Origin: Sporopachydermia quercuum
Taxonomy: Eukaryota
Assembly: GCA_001599295.1 (NCBI GenBank)
Contig: BCGN01000004.1
Span: forward strand, 1,799,676-1,863,675
Reading direction: 5' to 3'
DNA: 64,000 nt
Below, in pieces: positions 45,710 to 59,588 of this stretch. The position numbers and the translations under genes were made by a program. Positions within the stretch are counted from its first letter, which is position 1. Each line of letters begins with the position of its first letter. Under the pieces are notes generated by a model that worked only from the letters and a program-made list of their open reading frames with translations, made no database searches and was not told the origin of the DNA.

Positions 45710-46991
45710 CCGTGTACTTGTGCCAGAAGGATGTATAGAATATTTTACAGTGGATGCCGCTTGTTATTGTTCAAAATGGAAATAATTGAGATAGTACAAC
45801 TAGCTAAATAATAAATGTAGGACATAGAGAAGCTTTCCAGAACTGCTTTGAGTAATTGTTTGGTCAAGATGCTTGCTGGTTCATGTCCGGTCCTTATGAG
45901 CAATATCATACAATATCATACATACAAGAGGAGAGCATCACTGAACTGAACCTTGGAGGTACTCAGAACTGAAATTTCATACAGGAACACAGATAAAACC
46001 TTGGAGTTGAACTGAACAAGACTAAGCTCTTAATGAAATTCGAAATAGTACTGAATAAGTGTCGTTTTTCAATCATCTCAGTATAATGATGGATCTAGTA
46101 GTATCTTGTTGTGGGTGGTGAAAGCCAAAAACCCTTTCTTCAGACACTATCAACCACAATTTTAACCAGCTTGAAATCTCCCACCCAACCAAACACGCTC
46201 GCGTTTCCTTCAAACATTAAGTATCACTACAATTCTAACATCGTCAACTTCGCTAACAATTCTCTACCTTTTTCTTTCCTACCATTCTCTCATTATTCCA
46301 GAATCATCGAGCAAGTCTCATCCATGTCTGGACTAAATCTACTTACAAATATTAGATGACATAATCCTAAAATTTCATAAAACATGACCACAATAATAAA
46401 TAAGAAATTTTTGCCACTGAGTGGAAGAAGTACAAATACATTAAGTACATGTGAAAACATTTCACTCATTACTAATCAAGTGCTCAATCAAGTAATTGAT
46501 GGCATATCTTCACCTGTAGTTCTTGCATGTCGAATAACGTGTGAATCCATCTCCACTTTATCTAAGGGGTATTATGACTATTCAATAAGAACTGTAGTTT
46601 CTGCTTTCTTTTTCTTAGAACAATGTTAATTGAAGATAAAGTCATTGAGAAACTGGAAAATTCTGGATTTACAGCGTGCAGAGGATTTATGTGTAATTCT
46701 GAACAATAGATGAGATAATAATAGCTTATGACAAGTAGAGTATCACAAATAAAATTTTCAGGAAGAAGAAAGTAGGATTTGGCACGGTACTTATAAAAGT
46801 AAGAAAGAAGTGAATACATCGTTATATTGTCACAGTTTGCTTATCGTTATACAGTTTTTTGGTAGAGAATAGGCAGTTCACAAATTTTCAAGTAGAAGCG
46901 TAAAATAATCAGAATTATTGGTCGAAACTCAACAGGGTGTTTTTAGTACAGACGGAGTATAATACACACTACACATTATACATAATACATT

Positions 46992-47019
46992 ACACATTAC
47001 ACATTACACATCACACATT
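46992..47019 (+). repeat. heptamer tandem repeat (ACACATY)x4 directly before the YAP1 ATG
   Basis: acacatt acacatt acacatc acacatt aca ATG; degenerate copies extend back to ~46962. Confidence 0.85.
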
Positions 47020-47022
47020 ACA

Positions 47023-48678
47023 ATGGCTGAGGTATCGAAAAGACCAATAAACTCAGTGAACGGTTCTGAAATTAGTAATCCTAAACGACACGAGAGCGGT
47101 ACAAGTTTATCTAGTGCCAGCTCAACTTCGTCATTATCCGAAGCAGCACTAGCAGCAGCAGCAGCTAAGAAAGCGGGAAGGAAACCTAGTAATGATGTTC
47201 CTGAAAGTAAGAGGAAAGCGCAAAATAGAGCAGCACAACGTGCTTTTAGAGAACGTAAAGAAAAGCGTCTACAGGAGCTTGAAACAAGAGTCAATGAGCT
47301 GGAAAATGAACAGCTAGCTAAAAACTCAGAGAATGAATTTTTGCGATTGCAGATTGACAGATTGATGAAAGAGTTAACCACTTATAGAAATGCATTTATA
47401 GCAGACTCACAACAAGACGGTNCTAATATCATAAGCAAACTGGATGCAACCCAGCAGAGCGAAAGCTTAGGAACTAAATGGACTCCTACTAGTTCGTTTT
47501 CCTTTCCTGCTATACCCACAAATTTCAATCCGTCCCCCGGTTCTGGCAATGTCTCGGGTTCAGCATCATCATCACCAACTTCAGTCAGTCAACCATCTTT
47601 ATCAGAGAATGGCGGGGAATCATCCTGTACGTCTGTTGGGTCGTCTCCTTTGAATCCTGTCCTGAGCAGTTCATTGATTAATAAATCATCTTCCGGAAAT
47701 GGACAGCTCAACTCTTTATTCAACACCCCAAGTGTTGGAAGCTCATCGGAAAGTTCAGCTGTGGGATCGGTGACAGGAGTGCCTACGAAGACCGAAGAGG
47801 AACCATTTGAAGAGACTGTTAGTGATTTTTGCTTGGAGCTTTCGGAGGCTTGCGGCACCAAAACGCAACCAGTACCTAAGAATTTATCGAAAGCAGCAAG
47901 TAACAAAGCTTTTTCTGTATTCTCGAATGATAGCATAAATACACCTAGCTCAATTTACTCTAATTCTATTGATACACCCAGCGGGATAGGCTCAAGCTTT
48001 CCTAATGCTACTAGTTTGCTGTTTGATTTGAATAATAATTCAAGAGACAAGCAGACGAAAAGTCGTACAGTTGGACAAGGAGCTGAAAGTTTTTCAACAA
48101 CAGACAACTCTACTGGTAGTGTTAACCAGCAAACGGAAGATCTCATTGCGAATGATTTCTTATCAAGTTTATCAGCAGTAAGTGAGCCAAATCCTTATTC
48201 GTCATTGTTTGACATGAATCAGTTTGATGCTTCATTAGTATTTGATGACCCTTTCAACAACATATACCAGGATGATGAAATAGAAAAAGCTAGCAACAGT
48301 AATCCTGTTGTAGCAGATAGCAGCCTATCAGCTCCTGAGGACGCTTCTGAATTGCTATATAAAGGACTGACAACCGAAGAATCAGTATATGATCCTTTGG
48401 GAATGTTCAAATCTAGTGAACCAGTGCCCGTTGAAGTTCCTGCTCTCGAAGAGACAAATCCAGATAACGATGAAGTTGTTCCAAACAATGAAAAATATCT
48501 TATGTCATGTTCCGCTGTGTGGGATAGAATCACGGCTCATCCGAGATATGGTGACATCGATATCGAAGGTTTATGCTACGAATTGAAAACGAAAGCTAAA
48601 TGTTCTGAAAGAGGAGTTGTGATAGAAAAAGACGAGATTGATACTATACTTGGGCAATTTCCTGAGAAGCAAAACTAA
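47023..48678 (+). CDS. YAP1: redox-sensing bZIP transcription factor Yap1/Cap1/Pap1
   Basis: KRKAQNRAAQRAFRERKE bZIP; n-CRD FCLELSEACGT; c-CRD LMSCSAVWDRI...DIEGLCYELKTKAKCSE. Confidence 0.95.
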   Translation: MAEVSKRPINSVNGSEISNPKRHESGTSLSSASSTSSLSEAALAAAAAKKAGRKPSNDVPESKRKAQNRAAQRAFRERKEKRLQELETRVNELENEQLAKNSENEFLRLQIDRLMKELTTYRNAFIADSQQDGXNIISKLDATQQSESLGTKWTPTSSFSFPAIPTNFNPSPGSGNVSGSASSSPTSVSQPSLSENGGESSCTSVGSSPLNPVLSSSLINKSSSGNGQLNSLFNTPSVGSSSESSAVGSVTGVPTKTEEEPFEETVSDFCLELSEACGTKTQPVPKNLSKAASNKAFSVFSNDSINTPSSIYSNSIDTPSGIGSSFPNATSLLFDLNNNSRDKQTKSRTVGQGAESFSTTDNSTGSVNQQTEDLIANDFLSSLSAVSEPNPYSSLFDMNQFDASLVFDDPFNNIYQDDEIEKASNSNPVVADSSLSAPEDASELLYKGLTTEESVYDPLGMFKSSEPVPVEVPALEETNPDNDEVVPNNEKYLMSCSAVWDRITAHPRYGDIDIEGLCYELKTKAKCSERGVVIEKDEIDTILGQFPEKQN

Positions 48679-49059
48679 GGTAAGGGATTGAGTTCGAGGT
48701 AAAAAAAAAAAGATACCTACATAAAATGGATGTTTGGTTAAAGCATTTATTTGTGGATGACGGTAGGTGTAAATACTTGGCTATGCCCTGGTGAAATATG
48801 GATAGAAAAATTAACAATGTACAGTTTAACGGTTTATCTTTTGATTCCTCCTTGTAGATTTGAATTCTTTCGTAAATGATATAGTTCTATCTCATTCAAA
48901 CAATCAACTATAAACTCCTCAATAAGAATGGAACACTCAATCCTTAAGTTCCTTTTCTCTTCGGCAATCAATTTATGAACTTATCTATTTAATTCATCTC
49001 ACCAACTACTTATCATGTACTCTCTCTTAGAAGGTATACAATGCCATAAGCAGAAGCAG

Positions 49060-49075
49060 TTTCCTAAATAGGAAT
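49060..49075. promoter_or_regulatory. Mcm1-type MADS-box site
   Basis: TTTCCTAAATAGGAAT, close to the extended Mcm1 palindrome, ~450 bp upstream of the ATG37-like start. Confidence 0.45.
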
Positions 49076-49521
49076 CCTCAGCCCTGTTCCAGTAAATGAA
49101 GCAGTTCAAGACCCCAAGACCGCCATAGACCCTATGGAGATTTTGCTATTGATTTGAGGGTCTCCCCATAACTTTCGTTATGTTTATCAAACGCACAAAT
49201 ACACGAAACTCAAAACAGAGCAAATGGTGTATCTACAGATAGAACACCGAAACCCAATCGACCGCTGATCAAGTAGTTGTTCTTCATTGAATGATAAAGT
49301 AATGGCAGTAAGAATTAATTGGGGTATTTTGAATGTTTATTTGAAGAGCGATTTGAGCAGTTTGGTGGTTACTTGACGGCCCAAATCAACAACATAAGAA
49401 CTGAAGCACCTTTANCCATCAGAGTGTAAACGAATGAATCTTATCAATAATCTCATTATAAAAAGTAAAAAATACTGCTATAATTTGAGCAGCAATTAGA
49501 TAGATAGCTATAGGGCTCATT

Positions 49522-51184
49522 ATGTCTGATTCCATTGGTAAGTTGGAAATACGGGAGCAAATGATGCACTTAACCGTTTAGCATCGAATTCTGTGCTATG
49601 TGTGATGTATTATATTATGTCTATCTCACAAGAGTGTAAATCTAACAATCAATTAAGATCGAGTATTTGTTAAAGCCATTTCCACAATTAAAACATTGAG
49701 TTCTAAGAGTGGAAAAGGCGCTTTACCGTCTCCCCCTTTGAATACACGAACCATGTTATACGGTTTATACAAGCAAGCTACAGGTATGTTGTGGTGGATT
49801 CGGAACAGTTACTTACAAAGGTGAACCAATGTCGTGTAGTGAGAGATTCAGCTACTTTAACGAGAAACTGATAACTAACCTTCTGCATACTATAGAGGGT
49901 GATGTTGAGGCTATAATGTCTCGCCCGCAGGGCAACTCTAAGGAGGATCTGGACGCTCAAATGAAATGGTACGTTATGATTAAAGAGTAGGACCTTGCTG
50001 TAAGGTAGCANTTAGATCAGGCATTACAAGCAACTCAATTTGCTCATATTAACAAATCACTCAACCGTATTAGGGATGCTTGGAAAGATCAAGAAGGGCT
50101 ATCAAGAACAGAGGCCAAACGCGGATACATATCCTGCTTAATTCAAGTAAGTATCATAATCTGTCGAAATCACGATNAACCCCAAAGGGTTCATTGATAT
50201 GCCCATTATGTGGCAAGTAACCATACTAACACTCTACAGGCTATGAAGATGTATGCCGGCGGTAGTCTGGAAACTTCTGAACTACTGTCTGAACTGGAAT
50301 ACCTTTGGGATCAAGTGAAAGACGTTGAAATTGAGAGCAGTTCAAGTATCTCTTCGAGTTCTGGATCAAAAGATAAACAATTGAACTCGAATTCAAGACA
50401 TTCAATCATCTCTGATATCTTCAACGCCAGCAATATAGTTACTCCAGGCACTACAGGGGGGTCTCCCATTCCTAGCTACAACTACAATCAAGCACACAGC
50501 AGTAATAATCCAACAAGCCATATCAGTTATAATCACAATCAAGTAAGAACATTCAGCGGAACAGGAGAGATCAATAGAGACGACATAAGAACATTAAGAA
50601 ATGACATAGTATTTAACTTGGAAAATTTAGGAAGCGAGTTGGAAACATTGAAACAGAAGATCGATTCAATTGTTCATTTCAACAATTTGGCTGTACCTGG
50701 TGTATCTTTCTCTAAACTAAAACGGAACTCATTGAATGGAAATAATGGTTATCTAGGCAGAAGGTTTAGCAGTAACAACAGTAATAGAATTGTTGATAGT
50801 GCAACCAACAGAGACGATGAAGTACCTAATTCCGAAGGTAACAGACATAGAAAGAAGCGACAAGAAGCCCATATAGTAATCATAGCGAGATATCTACAAC
50901 AGTTTGCTGTTGCATTTGCAAAACATGCCGCATTTGATATCCTCCTGCTGTTTGGTTTGCTAGTGATCTATCGTTGGAGAAGAAGACAGGTTATTACAAG
51001 ATTGGAAGGTACTAATCAAATCTCAGCACTAATGGAAAATATTTCACCAGCAACGTTGAAAAATGCCGCAGATAGAGATGCCATCATTGACAAATTCTTT
51101 CTATACGCATCCAACTCTTTAATGGATAGGTTTCTATTTTTCTCTGACATGATGGCCAAATGGATATTGGGATACTACTCTTAA
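49522..51184 (+). CDS. ATG37: acyl-CoA-binding-domain peroxisomal membrane protein, Atg37/ACBD5-like; exons 49522-49537, 49658-49783, 49896-49968, 50074-50146, 50240-51184; 410 aa
   Basis: Spliced MSDSI|DRVFVKAI...LYGLYKQAT|EGDV...KW|DAWKDQEGLSRTEAKRGYI is an ACB domain. A coiled coil and a TM segment followed by RWRRR lie downstream; all four introns have GT-branch-AG signals. Confidence 0.85.
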
Positions 51185-52098
51185 ATGCTTTCACAAAGGG
51201 TTACAAAGGTTAAATGACGGGAATAGGAGAATAAGAGTAGATCAAGTTTTTGGATATTCATGTCAGTATGTATGTTCATCATATCAAATGAGTTATGTAT
51301 CTTTTGTATTATTTCAGCCAAGTTTTCATAAAGGGTGCTCCAATTTCATAATAGTAAAATAGCATTGTAGTAATATGATATTAATGTCCGATCGATAGTT
51401 GGGTTTGTAGAGAGTACTGTGTCACGGGAGTTTTCCGACATAACCTCGTANTATGTCAGAAACCCTAGCTCATTCCAGGACATTCTTATGACTTGTAGGG
51501 ACGTCTCGAGATATTTTCAATCAATTCTTAGAGTTACAGTTTAGTTTAAAATCTTAAATTCAAGCGGCATCAATCTGCCACTTGCAATACAAACAACAAA
51601 TAAGAGTATCGAAGTTAATTTTACTGAGAAGATCGTTCGGGATGATGCCAAAGCTCCACAGGCAGTAAACTCGCTTTAAGGAACAGGACAATTAGATCAT
51701 AGCGCATCTGTTGGAGGGAAGGGTTAATAAATGGTAAATGGGAAATGCTAGATGAAAGAAAAATAAGGATTAACTCGGGTTAAGAAGAGTTCCAGGAACT
51801 CTTTTGGAGAAACGAGGATATGATATGGCCGTTTGCTTGTATTTGTTACAAAATTGAATGGAAGGCATGGCATGGTGAACATAATATAAGGGCCCCTACC
51901 ATGCCAATCAGTTCCAGTATCCAAATGATATCTGATATGAGATGCACTAACCAGAGAGGTTCACTTACATGAAATACTGGATTATTTATGAATAGAAAGA
52001 ATCCAATTGATTGATTGAAACTTTTCCAGAGATTAGTCTAGCCAATATCGTAGTTTATTGTGAACAATCTATCAGTCAAATCTCTGAGTTCGATTATT

Positions 52099-52123
52099 GA
52101 CCTATTTAGGACCTATTTAGGAC
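52099..52123. repeat. 11-bp tandem duplication (GACCTATTTAG)x2 forming two CArG boxes
   Basis: CCTATTTAGG at 52101-52110 and 52112-52121. Confidence 0.8.
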
Positions 52124-53561
52124 ACGCCAACAAAACATAATTGACTCCCAAAACTTTTAATCATTCCTCTTCACTTTTCTGTATATCATTAGTTTTCTCG
52201 TGGAGCTGTTATTTCAATCAATTGTTTACTCCAGTTCCTGAAAAACATGACATGTAAGTCTTGAAAGTTTCGCTACTTGAAACACGTAGCATCCTAAACT
52301 TAGCGTGAGCTTACTTGATCCTATTGGACGGATTAAGTAGAATCTAGTCTCGGATAAATTTGATTTCAGAGCGATCGCTAATCTTGCCTTGAACTGGTTA
52401 TCTAGAGGAATGTTGAAACTATAGAATCTTCTATATTCAGAATATTTACATACAATCAAATACTTTACATAAAGCGAATTCTCTTTAATTATCAATCCAT
52501 TCAATTTGATTTAACTATGCGAAGTGTCTTACAAGAGAACAACCGAGAAGCCGAATCGGCTGAGATATAGCTCAGAACGGGTTTTGAAGTCATAGCAAAT
52601 TATGACGAAATAAGACTAGTGTCAGGAACATCAGCGAGATAACACCAGACCCTCAGATTTAGTTACGAGACTCATGGTCACCCTCAGTATGAACGGTTAT
52701 CAGGAAGTACTTAACAAAGTACTGATTTCAGATGTCACCTTATCAATGGCAGTTTAGTTATCTCTAACTTGCTTTACAATCATCTTGAAAGGGTTAACAT
52801 ATGTAGCATTTGCCTGTCACGAGAAAGCATAACTATTAAACGCTTTTGATATATGGTACTAGATTTAATAAAGAGTGTTACATCAAGCTGAAGTATCAAG
52901 AACATACACGTACAGCAGTACAGCAGTAGCCATTGTGCCTTAAGGATGTCACACCAGACCCTCTCTATCTAATAAGGGACAAAGACCCTCGCTATGTACC
53001 CACGAATTTTATCCCTCACACTACCAAAACTGCCCCTCAAAAATGTTTTCATCCTGAACTGAGATACCTTTTCCAGACAATCTCATAGAATTTTTGCTGG
53101 CCGTTGCTTCTTTTCTTCTTTTCACTGTTTGGCATCAACATCAAATTGTTACATCACGGTAGAAAATATTTTCAACGCAGAACACCTTAGTCTCGTCATA
53201 CTCAACGGCTTGCAATTATAATTTTCCATCATTTACAAAGTCTTGTCTTTTCAACATAACATATCATCCCTCTCTAGAGTAAAATATCAATCAGACCACA
53301 ACAGTTGACTTTCAATACAAGCTAACAGAAGCAAACTCAACGTATTTTGAGCTAATCGGATTTGCAGCAGATCTTGACCCTTTTGGAATTGAGTTNGCGG
53401 GTTAACAATAACATAATCACAAGCACAGAAACACTCCCAAAAGTAAAGCAGCAGAACAAGCGTATAGTCACCACTGACTGATTCTTGATCTTCCAGTTAA
53501 ATTTTGTTCTAACAACTTCTCAACTCTAGTAATTGGAAGCTATCTTATCACAACATAAACA

Positions 53562-55784
53562 ATGACAAGCACATCAACAATACCTCCCCAAAGGGTGAGC
53601 CCAGAGAGAAGTACTACGAGTATATTGACGTCATTGTTCTCCTTCATGACATCTTGGATTACCATCAGCTCTAGTCCTGTTCTTCAAGCATGGTCTCATG
53701 TCTTTAGTACTTCACCACTGGTTCAGTTTGTAGTAGGATTGTTACCGAGCTTCAGAACGGCCCCTTCCATCCAACCGAAGTCAACGCGTTCAGAAGAACA
53801 CCAACAAGGATCACCAGAGTTTCAGCAATCACACCCAACAGAGACAACTTCATTGAGAACAAGTATAATAGATCCTGTGAAGAGAATGTCAATAACAGCT
53901 CAGAGACAAAATCCAACTGGGCTNTTCCCTTCAATATTTATTGATGCGACCCTCAATAGTTGTAAAAAGACTCAAGGCCAACCTGTGTCTTGTGGGACAC
54001 ATGAGAATCTATCTTTGTTTCCATCAACCAACAGTAATGGTAGCGTGACATGGAATATTTCTGATGAAATGATTTATAATGTGGAAAAGAATGAATTCGA
54101 ATTTGTGGAACCCAGTGATGTCCGTACATTGTCGTCAGATTCTTTCCGTACCCCAATAGTGTTTAAGGAGGACATATTTTCTCTTGCCAATTACTCATCA
54201 AACAGCGAGACAAACTCTCATCCTACAAGGGTTGTTCGTCACAAGCTAAATGCAAATTATTCCAGTAATCCATACTCTTCAGACTCGGCTCATGGCGTGT
54301 CAATAGTATCCAATATGTCTAGTAAGCAAGATTCTTATCATACGCGTAACGATGCGAAGGACACAACAANAATGCTGTTTGGAGCCGTTGGTTCTTTCAA
54401 CTTTGAAGGGTTGTCAGAATCTGACATTCTCAAAACATTACAGGCTGACACACTAGGGTCTGAGCCATCAAGCTCCAAAGCTGGCTCTACGGGTTCTTTC
54501 AGCTCTTTAAACGACGAATCTGTTGTCACTACTTCAACTATGTCATCNTTATCACCAGAGAGCTCGTCAGGTGCTGACCAAAGTCAATATGACNATAGCT
54601 CCAACGTCAATGACTTCAATATGAAGCTTGAGGATACACCAGAAAAGTTATGGAATGAATCCATTGCTGCCTTTCAATTCGATGAATTTAATGAACCTGG
54701 AAACATTTCTCCCGATAATTACGCATCAGCTTTCACACCTTTATCCACAACATCTACATCATCAGTTAAAAGTAATAGCAGTTCTCAGAATGAATCTAAC
54801 ATATATACCGAAATGATAGGGTCCTCAACGGATGGTTCTAATCCACGACCTAATCACATCAACAATAAAGGCCTAGCTAGTCCATCAACCCCTGCATATA
54901 AGAATACGTACAATTCTGGTTCTCCTTTTGGTGATAGCTCAACACAATCAAAAACAACTCCTAAACAAATGCTTTCTCCATCTACAACAGACAGTGAACT
55001 AGAAAGCCATCCAAATTATCCTCATACATGCGAATACTGTGGCCAGAGATTCCGTATCAAGGGTTACCTCACGCGGCACATCAAGAAGCATGCTTCTACA
55101 AAGGCTTTTAACTGTCCTTTCTTCGACAGTAATTCTAAATCACCTTGTCATCAACACGGTGGATTTTCACGCCGTGACACGTACAAGACGCATTTGAAAT
55201 CGAGACATTTTCTTTACCCACCAGGAACAAGAAGCGTNAATCGTTCTGGAGTCCCTGGTCAGTGTGCTCATTGTAAGAAGGAGTTTGAGTCTAATGAAGA
55301 TTGGGTCGAAAAGCATATCCAAACTGGTGAATGTTCTGCTATCCAACAGAAAAAGCTATTGGATCANCGCAGGAAACAGCGTCAAGAATGTGCGGCTCAT
55401 ATCGCAAGCATAAACAGTGAAGTCAGTGCCAATAACTCTAGGTCTAATGGCAATGTTGACATGACATCATTTGCTGGTATCAATCAGCAGTCTGTCTATT
55501 CCGTGGGCCCTCTTGATGGTAGATTCAATTTGCAACCGGCAGGCAATATGAACATGTATTATGGCAGTGATCCTGCTGGTATTGCTCTCCCAGTTCCTGT
55601 TGCTGTTCCCGTACCTGTTGGAGTCAGTATGCCAGTGCCAGCAGGATTACCAATGATGAATGGAATGGTTGCACAACCANCAGAGGGAATGTATTATCCA
55701 GGAATGCAAAATGTGCATGCAGGGCCTGTTTATGACGAGATGTATACAGGTACTGATAATCCTGGATATGCTAATTTCTGCTGA
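53562..55784 (+). CDS. Stp1-4-family C2H2 zinc-finger transcription factor
   Basis: CEYCGQRFRIKGYLTRHIKKH, CPFF...CHQHGGFSRRDTYKTHLKSRHF, CAHCKKEF...EKHIQTGEC. Confidence 0.88.
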   Translation: MTSTSTIPPQRVSPERSTTSILTSLFSFMTSWITISSSPVLQAWSHVFSTSPLVQFVVGLLPSFRTAPSIQPKSTRSEEHQQGSPEFQQSHPTETTSLRTSIIDPVKRMSITAQRQNPTGXFPSIFIDATLNSCKKTQGQPVSCGTHENLSLFPSTNSNGSVTWNISDEMIYNVEKNEFEFVEPSDVRTLSSDSFRTPIVFKEDIFSLANYSSNSETNSHPTRVVRHKLNANYSSNPYSSDSAHGVSIVSNMSSKQDSYHTRNDAKDTTXMLFGAVGSFNFEGLSESDILKTLQADTLGSEPSSSKAGSTGSFSSLNDESVVTTSTMSXLSPESSSGADQSQYDXSSNVNDFNMKLEDTPEKLWNESIAAFQFDEFNEPGNISPDNYASAFTPLSTTSTSSVKSNSSSQNESNIYTEMIGSSTDGSNPRPNHINNKGLASPSTPAYKNTYNSGSPFGDSSTQSKTTPKQMLSPSTTDSELESHPNYPHTCEYCGQRFRIKGYLTRHIKKHASTKAFNCPFFDSNSKSPCHQHGGFSRRDTYKTHLKSRHFLYPPGTRSXNRSGVPGQCAHCKKEFESNEDWVEKHIQTGECSAIQQKKLLDXRRKQRQECAAHIASINSEVSANNSRSNGNVDMTSFAGINQQSVYSVGPLDGRFNLQPAGNMNMYYGSDPAGIALPVPVAVPVPVGVSMPVPAGLPMMNGMVAQPXEGMYYPGMQNVHAGPVYDEMYTGTDNPGYANFC

Positions 55785-57268
55785 ATAAGTTATACTTAAC
55801 AGCAGTTTGGATAGTTGGATTAGTACGTCAATTGTTTTTTGAAACCGAGTGAATGTACAGTATCAGCTTGAACTCGGCTTAGTGATTAATGGTCTGGATA
55901 AAATTGATGGATTGTGTATAATAAAATGGTTTGGGTTGTGGTCAATTATGGGTAGTTATGATAGGGTTCAATTATTGTTTATAGAANCATAATCTTTTTG
56001 AACAAGGGAAGTGGAGTCAAATCAAACAGTGATTTGTTTGTTTGATATACGAATCCGATGGGTTTAATGTATTTGTAGTTTGTTGTATCAGAGAAAGCTG
56101 AATAAGAGGAAAAGAATCATATNGTGATGATTTTGATAGTCTAACCATCATTGTTATGATAACTTTTATCAGTTGCTTATTCTGCTGCTAATATTTCTTT
56201 GATAAATCGTTTAGTTTTTCTCTTCCTTTAATTTCTTTGGAAGCGATTCCATCATTGGTTATTTATTTATATTATTTATGTATTCTACTGTTAATTTTCT
56301 AATACGCAATTGCGAACGTTTAAATTTTGGAGCTTTTTTTGTTTGTAGGATATTCTTTTACATATCTAAAGCTTAGTGTTGGCTCGTGAGACAGAATAAA
56401 CATCTCAAAACAATGGAAGTAATGAAATCGGAACAATATGAAAGATAACGACAATGCTTTGATTTTAATAGATAAGTCATCTATCTCATTGCTCTATCGG
56501 CCTGCTTTGTATTGAATTCGTCCAAGCAAAGGGGCAGAATCCATANTCCAATATGGGATGAGCATAGCGTAATTGTATATTGGAGGATTGGATAGATTTC
56601 GGAAAACATGTCCGCTATTATCTCTAAAATATTGTGCATAGTAAGTAAATAGTCAACCAATGGACAGTAAGCTTTATTGGTTGACAAGGATAACAATGAT
56701 AATACCGTTAGCGATACAAAAAAAAATTTATACTTGTTGGATGGTCTCTTTCTCAGGCTTTTAATGATTTTGATATGTTCATTCGCCGTCGTCTGAAAGT
56801 AAAATCTAGAGTAGAGAAGTGGTCGTAATCTTTCGGATAACCTTTAACATTGATAGTTTCCGAAATTTGCACGTGATATATATAAATTTCTGTTTTCATT
56901 GAACTGACAGAATCAATTAGAAGATCCGAAAGCCATGCGGAGCAATCAATGACACTGCCGCTTAAACCAATCGAAAGGTTGACATTCATTCTCTGTTTTC
57001 CCTTATGTTTCGTTCCAATACTGAAGCAATCGTTTCATTTGAATCATGTCTCAAGGAGGTTTGGTTTCCCATTCCTAAACTCTGGAGTAAAACTTTAAAC
57101 CATTAATATTCACCGTAAAATTACANTGAACCTCAAACGACTTTCCTATATTATTATATACTATTATTTCCACAAGCAATCACTTACTTTTAATCACAAC
57201 TTATCACATATTATTAATTATCTACTACAACATTATTGTCCAAATATCCATTACAGACAAGACAAGAA

Positions 57269-58903
<1,635 letters not shown>

Positions 58904-59565
58904 CTAGAGATTTGGCAATATGGATAAACTATCACAAATACTAAAAAAAAATAACGAGAGAACAGTGGTAAGAAACCAGCCAGTATCAATACTGTTGTTT
59001 TGTTATTTGTTTCTCTATCAATGGAAGAGGAATGGTTAAAAAAAAACTGGAGAAATGATAAAATAAATAAAGAATCGCGTGAAAATTAGTTGATTGTAAA
59101 AGTTAGAGAATTCGAGAGGTCTGCTGAAAGTAAAGGTAGAAATAGAGTTGTTTGTCACGTCCGGAAGCACGAGATATTAGTTTTGACATTACTAGACAAA
59201 TATGTCACAGAATGAGGAAGGTGTTGAAGATTCAGATNTAAGACTTTGAGAAAGGAAAGGGAGCTGTTGGAAAGTTAAAGCTAATATAATGAATAAAAAA
59301 GATTACTTCATATTCAATTTAGTTTTTATCTTTCAGCTGTTTACTATNTCTCTCTTCCTAACGAAGACATAGGTAGCAACTGATTTGTTACATGTTAGTA
59401 ATTCAATTGCTCAGGAGATATCCTGATCAGTATNATNAATTCTATAATTCTTATAAAATANTTGTCTTGTAATTGTCAGAGAATGCAACACTTAAAAATT
59501 TGTATGAATGTCTTGAATATTGTCTTANCTCAACCTGGACGCATATGCTTTCGGACACGCAACAG

Positions 59566-59588
59566 ATCAGCTCATGTTATCAGCTCAC
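59566..59588. promoter_or_regulatory. tandem SRE-like elements upstream of ERG11
   Basis: ATCAGCTCAT (59566-59575) and ATCAGCTCAC (59579-59588) fit the ATC-N5-AY shape of fungal SREBP sites. Confidence 0.4.

Noticed and set aside
51785..51803. Perfect 9-bp inverted repeat AAGAGTTCC-A-GGAACTCTT
   Set aside because: Isolated, with a 1-nt loop and wrong spacing for an HSE; no function can be supported.
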